NCBI GenBank assembly: GCA_963663405.2
Contig: CAXXSM010000142.1
Location: 32,001 to 96,000, forward strand
Direction: 5' to 3'
DNA from: a bacterium
GTDB taxonomy: Bacteria; Hinthialibacterota; Hinthialibacteria; Hinthialibacterales; Hinthialibacteraceae
Length of the DNA: 64,000 nucleotides
A model generated the notes under the pieces. The model saw nothing but the letters and a program-made list of their open reading frames with translations. It was not told where the DNA came from and did no database searches. This document shows, in pieces, positions 22,924 through 33,300 of this stretch (position 1 is the first letter of the stretch; each line of letters opens with the position of its first letter). The position numbers were made by a program, and so were the translations under genes.

Positions 22924-24283
22924 AAAAGATTTCCTGCCGGTGTTTCTACCCCAATTGGAAAATCATTTAAAAGAAAAAGGGTGGCTGAATAAAACCGTTT
23001 TTCATATCGCGGATGAACCATCCAACCACAACATTATGAGCTGGCGAGAAGTATCGGATTTCATCCACCAATGCGCGCCCTCACTTCGCAGAATCGATGC
23101 CATTGAAACCACCCATTGTCAGGATCGTCTGGAAATATGGGTACCCAAACTCGATATTCTCTCTACTTGTTTTAATGCATTCCAACAGACACAGGGGAAA
23201 GGAAACGAACTATGGTTCTATACGGTCGGTATTTATCAGGGTGGTTCGCTGCCAAATAAAACTGTCGATGTTCCATTGATCGAATCACGCATTTTACACT
23301 GGCTAAATTACCGATATGGATTAACTGGCTATCTGCATTGGGGATTTAATCAATGGAGCGACGATCCATTTGAATCCCCTGGCCAGCATAATGGAGATGG
23401 ATGGCATGTTTATCCAGGGAAAAATGGTTTGATGGACTCCCTGCGATGGGAACAGATGCGAAACGGCCTACAGGACTTCGAGTATCTTTGGATGTTGGAA
23501 GACAAAACTAGGCAAATCACTAGTTCACTCAGTGAACGACTTTCCATTCTTGATCCATCCCGGAGAAGCAAGGAAATCGCTATTTCTGTGGTCAAGTCTA
23601 TGGATGATTATACAAAAGATCCAACGATTCTTTATTCGGCAAAGAAACAAGCCATTGAAGAACTATTGGAGTTGGATAAAAGTCCTTGTTTGCTCGTGCA
23701 GACGAATCCGTTGGAACATACGCCAGTCGCCAACAATTGCAGTGTCGATTTATTCGGCTATGCGGAACCTGGAACGAAGATCATCGTTAATGGTAATGAA
23801 TTGCCTGTTGCTCTTGATGGCCTGTTTATGGAAAATGTAAGACTTACAAAAGAAAACACTCTTATAGTGAAAGCTGAAAACCAAAAAGGCAAAAAAGAAT
23901 TGATTCGCACTTTTGCTAATCCTTATTAATTCCACTTGTGACAATACAATTAAAGAGCATCTGTCACTGGCTTCATTCACAACCTGAGAAACTGCGAAAA
24001 TTTCCTTTTTTTCAATCGGTATTATAAGCGCGCAGGAGCGATTATTTGCTGTCGTCAGCATCCGGCTTTTTGGGATAGGGATCCCATTCATAGGCCACAC
24101 TTAAGTAGTATAGATGGTTTCCGGTGGATTGTGAAAGACAGGATATATTTTTCTAAGTGAACAAAGATAACGTGGATTTCGGGTAAGATCACTTGACATG
24201 ACGTATACAATCACGAGAGTATTGGTAGTAAATTTAAAAAAAGTGAACGTATTTCTCGTTCTAAATAGGAAAACACAAATCAA

Positions 24284-26674
24284 ATGAGAAGAATCAAGTC
24301 ACTAACTGCAATTCAATTATATCTATTGGCATTGGGATTGGCTTTAGCCTGTTCCCAGTTATCTTCCGAAGATCCGCCCGGAGGACCGCTGCAACCTCCT
24401 TTTGTCCACGATGTCCCGATCAATACAAGTGATTCGCCCCAAGAGATCATAGAAAAAGCGGCGAATGTAGTTCCGAGTCCGGCGCAGATGCTCTATCATC
24501 AAGACGAATTTTCCGGATTCATTCATTTCGGCCCTAACACGTTTACCGGAGTGGAGTGGGGCAACGGTAAGGAAAATCCCAACGTATTCAATCCGGGTGA
24601 AACCCTGGATACAGATCAGTGGTGTCGGATCATGAAGGCCGCACAGATCAAAAAGGTCATTATCACGGTGAAACACCACGATGGATTCTGCATTTGGCAA
24701 ACGCGCTACAACAGCACTTTTTCCGTGCGTGCGATTGACTGGCGCAAAGGCCAGGGTGATGTGCTGCGCGAGTTGGCGGACTCCTGCAAAAAGTATGGTC
24801 TTAAACTCGGTGTATACCTTTCACCAGCGGATCTTTACCAAATTGAAAACGAAGAGGGTCTCTATGGCAACCTTAGCAAATATCAAACAAGCGTAATCCC
24901 CACGAATCCGGATACGTTCAAAACTGATCCCACTCAAGCGCGTGCGGATAAGCCAAAAGACGCTCCTACATTTACCGTGTTGGCAGACGACTATAACCGC
25001 TACTTTATGAATCAACTCTACGAACTGCTTACTGAATATGGCCCCATTCACGAGGTTTGGTTCGACGGCGCACATCCCAAGCGCAAGGGTGGACAGCAGT
25101 ATAGTAAGGATGAGTGGTTTAATATGATTCGAGCGCTTGCGTCAGACGCGGCCATTTTCGGTGGGCCGGATATTCGCTGGTGCGGCAATGAAGGAGGCTA
25201 TACACGTGATTCGGAATGGAATGTCCTACCAATCGAGACATACAAGACCAGCGGTGAAGACCGTCCAATACCTGCCCCAGGTTTGGAAGATGCGCTCACC
25301 GCCGGAAAGTACACAGTTTATGGCAAGCCATATCACTCCAACTTTCTCTACTACATGATTGCTGAGGTAGATACGTCAATTCGAGCTGGTTGGTTTTGGC
25401 GAAACGAACAGGAGCAATCCGTGCGCACACCTGATGATGTATTCGATATCTACGAACGCTCGGTGGGTGGAAATGCTGGTTTTCTCCTCAATATCCCCCC
25501 AAACAATAAGGGCCGTTTTGGCGCGCGTGATGAGGCGTGCCTGATCGAAGTCGGTAAGCGCATCCACGCCACCTATGGTACAAACCTAGCGTCCAGGGCA
25601 AAAATCAATGTGGACGGTAAGGCCAACGCCCTCAGTGATGGTAAACTGAACACCTTTTGGTGTCCTCCGGCCAATCATGGCTCTTTCATTGTGACACTCC
25701 CGCAAGCACAAACCGTCAACCGTTTTGTGCTTCAGGAAGCGATTGCCAATGTGGGGCAGCGCATCAAGGAACACTCCTTAGACGCCTGGATTGATGGGAC
25801 ATGGAAAACCGTAGCCTATGCCACCACAGTTGGTTACAAACGGATCTTGCGATTTCCCGCCGTTACAACAGACCGCTTTCGAGTACATATCCACGATGCG
25901 CGTCTACAACCCACCGTGGCCGAAATCGCAGCTCACTATTACAACCAGCCGCCACCGCAGGTGATCGCCAAAAGAGACCGGAACTACAATGTGGTTTTAG
26001 AAACTTTAGCTCCCAGTAACCAATTTGACTGGAAACAACACGGTAAGCGTGAGGCCATCCCCAACGAGCATACCAACGTCGACATCCACTATACCCTGGA
26101 TGGACAGGATCCGACTATTGAGTCACCGGTATATGCAGAACCACTCGATCTACCCAATGGTGGACGGATTCGGGCATGCTCGGTTGTAAACGGTGTAATG
26201 GGACCACTATCCGATTTGCGTCTGGGTATATCAAGAAAAACTCTGAGCATTCACTATGTCAGCAGTCAGCATGATTCGCACAACGCTGAAAAGGCCATTG
26301 ACGGTGATCCGCAGACGTTCTGGCTTACGAGCCAGGCCGCTGGCCATCCAAGCCATCCACACCAGCTGATCATCGATCTTGGACGCCTGAATCGGGTGGA
26401 GGGTCTGACTTATCTGCCACGCCAGGATAAACGGATCGCTGACGGTATGATCGAATCCGGAACCATAGAAACCAGTTTAAACGGCGCGGTGTGGACAACG
26501 ATGGGACAATTTTATTTCGGTAATCTGCTCAACAACCCGGTCAAACAAGTGTTTCTTCTTGACCATCCAATCGATACCCGTTATGTCCGTATCACTTCTA
26601 AAACCGGCGTGCAAGACAACCCCTTTGCAGGCGCCGCAGAAATCGAAATCCTCTCTATGATCGAACCAAACTAA
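24284..26674 (+). CDS. Alpha-L-fucosidase (GH29) with F5/8 type C and FN3-associated domains
   Basis: FIHFGPNTF, TVKHHDGFCIW, EVWFDGA, DIRWCGNE, SVGGNAGFLLNIPP; HYTLDGQDP; AIDGDPQTFW; possible lipobox LAC. Confidence 0.92.
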   Translation: MRRIKSLTAIQLYLLALGLALACSQLSSEDPPGGPLQPPFVHDVPINTSDSPQEIIEKAANVVPSPAQMLYHQDEFSGFIHFGPNTFTGVEWGNGKENPNVFNPGETLDTDQWCRIMKAAQIKKVIITVKHHDGFCIWQTRYNSTFSVRAIDWRKGQGDVLRELADSCKKYGLKLGVYLSPADLYQIENEEGLYGNLSKYQTSVIPTNPDTFKTDPTQARADKPKDAPTFTVLADDYNRYFMNQLYELLTEYGPIHEVWFDGAHPKRKGGQQYSKDEWFNMIRALASDAAIFGGPDIRWCGNEGGYTRDSEWNVLPIETYKTSGEDRPIPAPGLEDALTAGKYTVYGKPYHSNFLYYMIAEVDTSIRAGWFWRNEQEQSVRTPDDVFDIYERSVGGNAGFLLNIPPNNKGRFGARDEACLIEVGKRIHATYGTNLASRAKINVDGKANALSDGKLNTFWCPPANHGSFIVTLPQAQTVNRFVLQEAIANVGQRIKEHSLDAWIDGTWKTVAYATTVGYKRILRFPAVTTDRFRVHIHDARLQPTVAEIAAHYYNQPPPQVIAKRDRNYNVVLETLAPSNQFDWKQHGKREAIPNEHTNVDIHYTLDGQDPTIESPVYAEPLDLPNGGRIRACSVVNGVMGPLSDLRLGISRKTLSIHYVSSQHDSHNAEKAIDGDPQTFWLTSQAAGHPSHPHQLIIDLGRLNRVEGLTYLPRQDKRIADGMIESGTIETSLNGAVWTTMGQFYFGNLLNNPVKQVFLLDHPIDTRYVRITSKTGVQDNPFAGAAEIEILSMIEPN

Positions 26675-26913
26675 AGAAGTACTTTAGCGAGGGCATGGAA
26701 TCCATCTTGTTCGTCTGATCGGAAAACACAGAAAACGGGTGAGCGAAATGGATAGCCCGCAAGAATGTAAAAATTGCTATGCTTTTTACACACGAAGAAA
26801 CGACACCCGTTCTCTGCAAGTGAGTGATCCGCTATTTTTGAACTTTCGTATCAGGTCAGGCACATGAAGTGATATACTAACAATCACCAATAAACAAGGA
26901 GTCAAGACGCATA

Positions 26914-27000
26914 TTCTCTCCCTAGGACTGGGGAGAGTAAGGGGGGTCGAACATCGATGGAACAATCCCCTCCTAATCTCCCCCAGGCTTGGGGGAGGAA
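26914..27000. repeat. Inverted pair of REP-like palindromes (CCCCTCCTAATCTCCCCC...GGGGGAGGAA type)
   Basis: 26914-26946 and 26967-27000 each form a hairpin and are imperfect reverse complements of each other. Confidence 0.7.
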
Positions 27001-27149
27001 TCTATCATTTCATATGGCTGTCCAATTACGAAAGATATATAGAAGTCACCCCAAATTGGAACATTTTAGCTGCCATTGATTTTCGGCGGTTGAGATTTGG
27101 ACAAAAAGTGGATTGGTTACCATCTACCTGCTTTTCGTAATGGAACTCA

Positions 27150-27326
27150 AGACACAACGCGTTCGGACAGGGTTTTCTCTCTCTTGATCGCGTTCAGAGC
27201 GACTTTGGCTTTGAACGCGCCGCTGAATTGATTGCTTTTTTTCTTCATGGTCAATCCTCCAAGCCAAGTTGTCGACTTGATGGATTTTCACCTTAAACCA
27301 CTGCCCGAATGATGGGAGGCGCTTCA
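27150..27326 (-). mobile_element. IS3-family relic: left IR plus the first ~30 codons of orfA
   Basis: Minus strand TGAAGCGCCTCCCATCATTCGGGCAG end; GGAGG RBS; ATG 27248 MKKKSNQFSGAFKAKVALNAIKREKTLSE, homologous to orfA at 37568. Confidence 0.8.
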
Positions 27327-27679
27327 CTGCCCGTCTTGTGGACACGTATTCCGGAAATCGCTATGCGTGGAATTTTCGTGTTGGGATCAATTGGCGCCGG
27401 TGTTGTTTTGGACAGCAGTAGGGCGCCTTGTAGCAAAATCCGGGCTTTCACCGTCCAAAATCCTAGGAAAGATTCTTTTCTTTATGGATTTTCAGATTTT
27501 TCTTGGACAGGAATGATATAAATCATATTGTTTTAAGTATAATTTCCTTATTCCTCCAAGACGAAATCCAATCTTTATACTATAATGATAATCTTATGAA
27601 TAATCTGGATGGATTCTCCATCCAATATAAACAATAGCATGAATCGTATTTCAATAATCAGAGGGATAAATTCGATCGA

Positions 27680-29203
27680 ATGAGAGAAAAAATAGATCAA
27701 TCTTCGAAGTTCTATACAACGTTCATCATCGGATTGTTAATCGTTAGCCTGCATTGTTGTGGAGGAAAAACAACCGATCGAGAACAGGAGAAAACAGCGG
27801 GAACCGGCAGCCGGGATAGCATAGCGCAAAAGAAAATCGACGCGTTGCCCAGCTCCGAAAATGTCTATCCAGACTCCCAGCGGGAAAAATCCACGTTCCC
27901 CCCATCCGCGACCGTCTCTCCACAAAAATCCACACCGATCGTGGGAAAAACAGCGTTCTCTCAAATTCAAGAGGGATCGAGCGCGATCAAAACACCGGAA
28001 CCGGCGAAGAAAAAAGTACACCCAAAGATTATCCGGGACGCCTCCAATCCCGTCAAAGCGCTCTATATGACCGGTTGGGTCGCGGGGACAAAAAGACTCC
28101 GCAATGATGTTATCCAAATCGCCACCAGCACGGAGATCAACGCGATCGTTATCGATATTAAAGATTATTCAGGCACGGTCAGTTACATCACCGGCCTGCC
28201 TAAAGTCGAAAAATACAAAGCGGAAGAAAAACGCATTCGTGATATTGATGAACTGCTCGAAAAACTGCATGCGCAAGATTTATACGTGATCGGCCGGATT
28301 ACGATCTTTCAAGATCCAAAATTGACCGCTGCGCGGCCCGATCTTGCCCTCAAAACTCCCGAAGGTAAGGTCTGGAAAGATCGAAAGAAACTTTCCTGGG
28401 TCGATCCAGCTTGCAAAGAAGTGTGGGATTACAACTTGGATATTGCGCGGGATGCGATCCGGCGCGGTTTTGATGAAATCAACTTTGATTACATCCGTTT
28501 CCCCTCCGATGGAATCGGATTGAGTACGATGATCTATCCATACTGGAAGCGAAAGGGAGAAATGACAACGGTTCTTTGTAATTTCTTCCGGTATGTAAGA
28601 AAATCGCTTCCAAACACACCGATTTCAGCTGATATCTTTGGATTGACAACCGTCGCCAACGATGACCTAGGCATAGGACAGTTGATAGAAGACGCGTATG
28701 AAAATTTCGATAACATCTGTCCAATGGTCTATCCCTCCCACTTCGCCGCAGGTTTTAAAGGCTATAAGAATCCCGCCGACCATCCATACGAAGTGGTTAA
28801 ATTCTCGATGGAAAAAGCGATCGAGAAGTTGGTTGAACATGAATTGAAAAAAGAAGCGAAGGCCGCCGCGATAATCACCGCGGCTTCGATTCGATCCAAA
28901 GTCAATTCCACTGCAATGAAAGCGAATGGCGAGTCCATCGCGTCATCAACAGATGCAAGAGCGGCGGGAGACATTCAATCCGCGACGAAACCGAAGCCGA
29001 AACTCTCCCCAGAAAAAAAGCGTAAGATCATTCAGAAACTGAGACCCTGGTTCCAGGATTTTGACATGGGGGCCAAGTATACTATTGACATGGTGCAAGC
29101 GCAGATCAAAGGAGCCAGCGACGCTGGCCTTCTCGACACATGGCAGATCTGGAATCCAAGAAACAAATACCGAAAAGCAATTTTTAAATCGGCGAAGAAG
29201 TGA
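27680..29203 (+). CDS. Putative glycoside hydrolase (DUF4015 TIM barrel), probable lipoprotein
   Basis: NAIVIDIKD, IGRITIFQDP, GFDEINFDYIRFPSDG, CPMVYPSH, LRPWFQDF. Confidence 0.85.
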   Translation: MREKIDQSSKFYTTFIIGLLIVSLHCCGGKTTDREQEKTAGTGSRDSIAQKKIDALPSSENVYPDSQREKSTFPPSATVSPQKSTPIVGKTAFSQIQEGSSAIKTPEPAKKKVHPKIIRDASNPVKALYMTGWVAGTKRLRNDVIQIATSTEINAIVIDIKDYSGTVSYITGLPKVEKYKAEEKRIRDIDELLEKLHAQDLYVIGRITIFQDPKLTAARPDLALKTPEGKVWKDRKKLSWVDPACKEVWDYNLDIARDAIRRGFDEINFDYIRFPSDGIGLSTMIYPYWKRKGEMTTVLCNFFRYVRKSLPNTPISADIFGLTTVANDDLGIGQLIEDAYENFDNICPMVYPSHFAAGFKGYKNPADHPYEVVKFSMEKAIEKLVEHELKKEAKAAAIITAASIRSKVNSTAMKANGESIASSTDARAAGDIQSATKPKPKLSPEKKRKIIQKLRPWFQDFDMGAKYTIDMVQAQIKGASDAGLLDTWQIWNPRNKYRKAIFKSAKK

Positions 29204-29216
29204 TTTTTCTTATATA

Positions 29217-30254
29217 TCAACCAATATAAGGCCTTCCATTTCTCTGTCTTCGATACAAGAGCGCCCCTGTAAACGCTACAACAAATAGGGTAAGACAAAT
29301 CAGCGTCCACACGAGTGAGGAAACCATCCCCCCATCTGAATCCATGCCTTCTATCCCCGCCGCCGCAACCGGCCCCCACGGGAAAACGCCTTCCCTGTGT
29401 GAACGCAGGGCCATGACTTTTTCATCCAGTTCCTTGCTCCAAATCATAGGCAGATCCACCCCTAAACTCGACGCGTTGCGCAGGCATGAACAATCTCCGG
29501 TTAGAATCGTAATCTGTTGATTCAAGTATGTTTCAAGGTCTTCCCTGCCCTCCCTGGGCCGCATCAATTTCCCCTTTCCGAACACAATCCCCACCCAATC
29601 CGGCCCATCCTTCTTCAATCCAAGAAATGAAAGAAGAATACGCGCTCTCGCGTCCCCCCGATCCACTCGAAAAACGGACACAGGAAGCGTCTCCTTCTCC
29701 GACCATTGTTCAGCGATCGCAGAGATAGTGGACTCAAAATCACTATTCGGAGCATTCCCAGGAACATACAAGAGCAGCGCCAACTTTGATCCAACCGTCT
29801 CCCGGATCTCTTTCCGGATTGGAGAATCAAGTAGGATTTTTAATTCCTCATCGCTCGGATACGGCTCCCAATACTCCAGAAAAAAAGACCGCCGCTCCGA
29901 CCTATTCCACCCCGCCAAAACCGTAACTGGAAACGAAGGAGGCGCCGATGGAATCCCATACTCCTTCCAATTCACATCCGGATCATCCGCGTCAACAGAA
30001 ACAACTTCAATATTCAATCCCCCCTCAAAACTCTCAATCCATTCCTGCAAGCGTTCAACATCCTCAGAAGTTATAGTTCCCTTCCCCATTACAGCAAGCC
30101 GATGAATATCCCGTTCTTCATTGAACGCGGCGTCACGGACAGCGTAGCCTTCGCAAGCGATGGCGTGAGTACAGAACATAGTATCAATACACAATACGCA
30201 ACTAGCGACTAACAAAATTGAGATGAAATGAGAAACTAATTGTATATTATTCAT
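29217..30254 (-). CDS. Exported hypothetical protein with C-terminal TM anchor and basic tail
   Basis: Signal peptide; ACEGYAVRD, GDCSC; C-terminal hydrophobic helix followed by RRQR. Confidence 0.7.
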   Translation of the reverse strand: MNNIQLVSHFISILLVASCVLCIDTMFCTHAIACEGYAVRDAAFNEERDIHRLAVMGKGTITSEDVERLQEWIESFEGGLNIEVVSVDADDPDVNWKEYGIPSAPPSFPVTVLAGWNRSERRSFFLEYWEPYPSDEELKILLDSPIRKEIRETVGSKLALLLYVPGNAPNSDFESTISAIAEQWSEKETLPVSVFRVDRGDARARILLSFLGLKKDGPDWVGIVFGKGKLMRPREGREDLETYLNQQITILTGDCSCLRNASSLGVDLPMIWSKELDEKVMALRSHREGVFPWGPVAAAGIEGMDSDGGMVSSLVWTLICLTLFVVAFTGALLYRRQRNGRPYIG

Positions 30255-30362
30255 TTTAGTTCTTATTAGGGCTTACTACATAAAATGATTGTAAGTAACA
30301 AGGGTAAGAATAAGTGTAAGCGCTGGAGCAGTAACTTATACTCCCATGCCTAATCCACAATT

Positions 30363-33300
30363 TCACTCTCCCATCAAACCAATCGGCGCACCACTAACTT
30401 CAGTCAAACGAATCCCAAATGCCCAAGCAGAGCCCTGCTGTGTAATCTTTAAAAGAATGTTGTTAACACCTTTCTTCGCCTGTACCTTCAACGTATCCTG
30501 ATCGGGCATGTAAGTCCGTCCTCCATCAAACCGTCCCGCTTCCTTTCCGTTGAACCAGCATTTAAAGCCATCGTTGCTGCCGATTTTGAGATAGATCTCT
30601 TTCGATTCGGGAAGATTCACTTCCGCGTAGGCGTAAACCGCCACTCCTTCGTAATCCCCATAGATTCGGGCTAAATCCACTTTACCGGTGGGGTGATCCG
30701 TTATATAATCTTTCCATTTCAGTTCACGGCGATTGGGTTTGTATGTTTTCGATAAATTAACGAATGGTTCTTCGATTAACACTTTGTCGGTAGGATTGTT
30801 CTCATTCCAAGGAAACGGTCCAATCAGATTCCAATGAATCACAAATCCAGCTTCCTTAGCCTCTTTCCCTACTTCGTAACCTAATTTCTTCAGGTTCTGT
30901 ATAATGCGCTCCCGGTCTTCTGGATCTTGATTGGAGCGGAACGCGTCTTTTAAAAACCGGATCGCCATGTTTTTATTTTCTTCGCTTCCATCCGCCATGC
31001 TGATAATTGAGTTCAAATACTCCTCCGCCGCTTTCCCATCTCCATAGCAAGCTAAGCGGCCTTCCTTCATCGCGGCAACAATCCGTCCATCACGATCGAT
31101 CAGAAGACCGCCCACCAAAGCCTCAGAGGAAAGTTTATGTTTCCAAAGCACATCCCCATCATCAGCCCCTAACGCGCTTATTTCCCAGCGTGGATAAAGG
31201 GAACGGAAGTTTGGCGCTTCATACACAGCGACAACCGCATTTGGAGTCATTGCCAGAGACAGCGTATCCGTATTTTGTAAAGCGTCCGCGTTCCAAATGG
31301 TGTTAGGTTGTTTATTCGATCCCCCTTTCAAATGATCGAGAACCGTTTTCGCTTTACACACCGCTGGAACCGTTTTACGTCCATTTACAAAGGCGAACAT
31401 CCGGTCATTCCAAGCGGGAGGGATTTTCCCAGAATTCAATGTCTTGCCGCCTCCAATACCGGAACCCGCTTGCGCCTGGTACGCCGTGAAGACACCCGGA
31501 TTAACCACGTTCGTTCCAGCGGAATACCGCAGACGGCCGCCGGTAATGATATAATCCTCACCCAAGACACCGATTTCTTCTCCCCGGTTGGTTTGAGGAG
31601 AACCGTCTTTTGGATACAATCCCGCATAGGCCCCGGTTTTGATATCATAGGCGGCGGGAGAAACCACGTTCCCTCCAGGCATCCAAAGATAATTGTTCGC
31701 GATTGCAAGAACCCCTTGAGCGGATACTCCTTTGCGCAATTCTGGATTGAGATGTCCCGACGAATTATTTTGCCAGATCACCTTTCCACTCTCCGCATCC
31801 AGCGCATACACATAGGTCCCGTCATAGTCAATAATCCCCGCCGCCGCGTATGCGATCCCATCCTGCACAACCACACCGCTATGAACGGGCCATGTGGAAC
31901 TAATCGAACCATAAACAGGAATCCGCCGTTCAACCGGCGCAGCCCGGAACCGCCATAGAAGACGGCCCGTCGCCGCTTCCAGCGCGTATACATACCCGTC
32001 TCCCGATCCCACATAGGCGCGTCCTTTCCAAATCGAAGGTGGCTGTTGGATCGGTCCCGCGGTCCGGTAGGTCCATTTCGGCTGCCCCGTCACCGCGTCG
32101 ATGGCGCGTACTTTACCGTCATCTCCCGCCAAGAAGATCAATCCCCCAGCGGCCACGGGGGGAGCCGGTGTAAAAGCATAAGAGGGATTGAATTCCCAAA
32201 TCCTGCTCGTGGATTCAGGCGCTCGAACAGATGTGCTTGCGGTCCGGTTGTTATTCCCCCGATAAGTAAACCAATCCTTATCTGTGATCGAAAACGCGGA
32301 TGCGATGGAAAGCTCCCCCTGACCCCGTTCCAGCCGTTCCGATACATTCACTTCACGCTCGAATTGAAAATCCCCCGCTGAACACAACGCGATCCGCCCC
32401 ATCAAAGACAGATTGCAGTCACACGCCCAGGGTCCTAGATACAAAAGGCCGTTCGTTCCAATCACCCCGTCGTTACAGGATGGGCGGAACGCGCCATTGA
32501 ACATAATCGATCCATCCTCCCGATCGTATCGCGTCAAACCTTCGATCCAACCACGGCAGAAGAATGAATCCGGCGTGGCGGTCAAACGGGCGCAGGATCG
32601 TTTCTTGAATTGAAGGTCTTTAACGATCTCACCCGTCATTGGATCAATCACCATCGTGTTGCCATCTGGACCTATGCCGCACAGCAGCTGGCCATCAATA
32701 TAAATCATATTCGGATTGTTCGTTGTCTTGCGATGGCTCCAAAGCAGGCTTCCATCCTCCAGCGAAACGCCAACAATATTCATACGCGTCTGCGCTTCAA
32801 AGAACAGCGCTCTTGGCGTATAAAGGCAGAAGCAGGTTGTACGGAATCCAGGCGTTGATCCCAACCCTTGCCCCGGTTCTTCAATCAACCGGCGCAGTTC
32901 TGGATCATCATTCATCCATTGAACATGACCCGTTTGCGCGTCCAAACATGCTGCGTGTGAATCCGGTCCATAGAAGTAGAGTTTCCCGTCGCCTAACGCC
33001 ATTGCGCGCGAATCGATATCAGCGGCCTCTTCATGCGTCCAGAGCGTTTTCTCTTGTTTGAGATCATAGGCGGCGATGATTTGTCCAAAGCCCCAAGGCA
33101 CGCGGGGTTGGTAATACCCTTTGCTTAATTCGCCCCAGCTCCAATGTGTGTATTCACTGCGGACCACTGTCGTTTCCGATGGATCTTTTTGTTTCCCGGC
33201 AAGCGCGTATAGGATACCATCCTGAATCGCCATCCATTTCCATTCACCGCGCGCCTCTGGAACCGTGATTCGGCCTCTCTCTTCCCCCGTCTTCGCATCG

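Larger units (their letters stand above)
21055..23929 (+). pseudogene. DUF4091/GH123-like glycoside hydrolase, 5'-truncated and interrupted by an IS
   Basis: [10 protein letters not shown]...LKGKD | FLPVFLPQLENHL..IADEP..GYLHWGFN..SLRWEQMRNGLQDFEYL; removing the IS and one TSD restores the frame. Confidence 0.82.

Noticed and set aside
27606-27624. TGGATGGA-ttc-TCCATCCA palindrome upstream of the DUF4015 gene
   Set aside because: Single 8-bp inverted repeat with no second copy or nearby regulator; insufficient support
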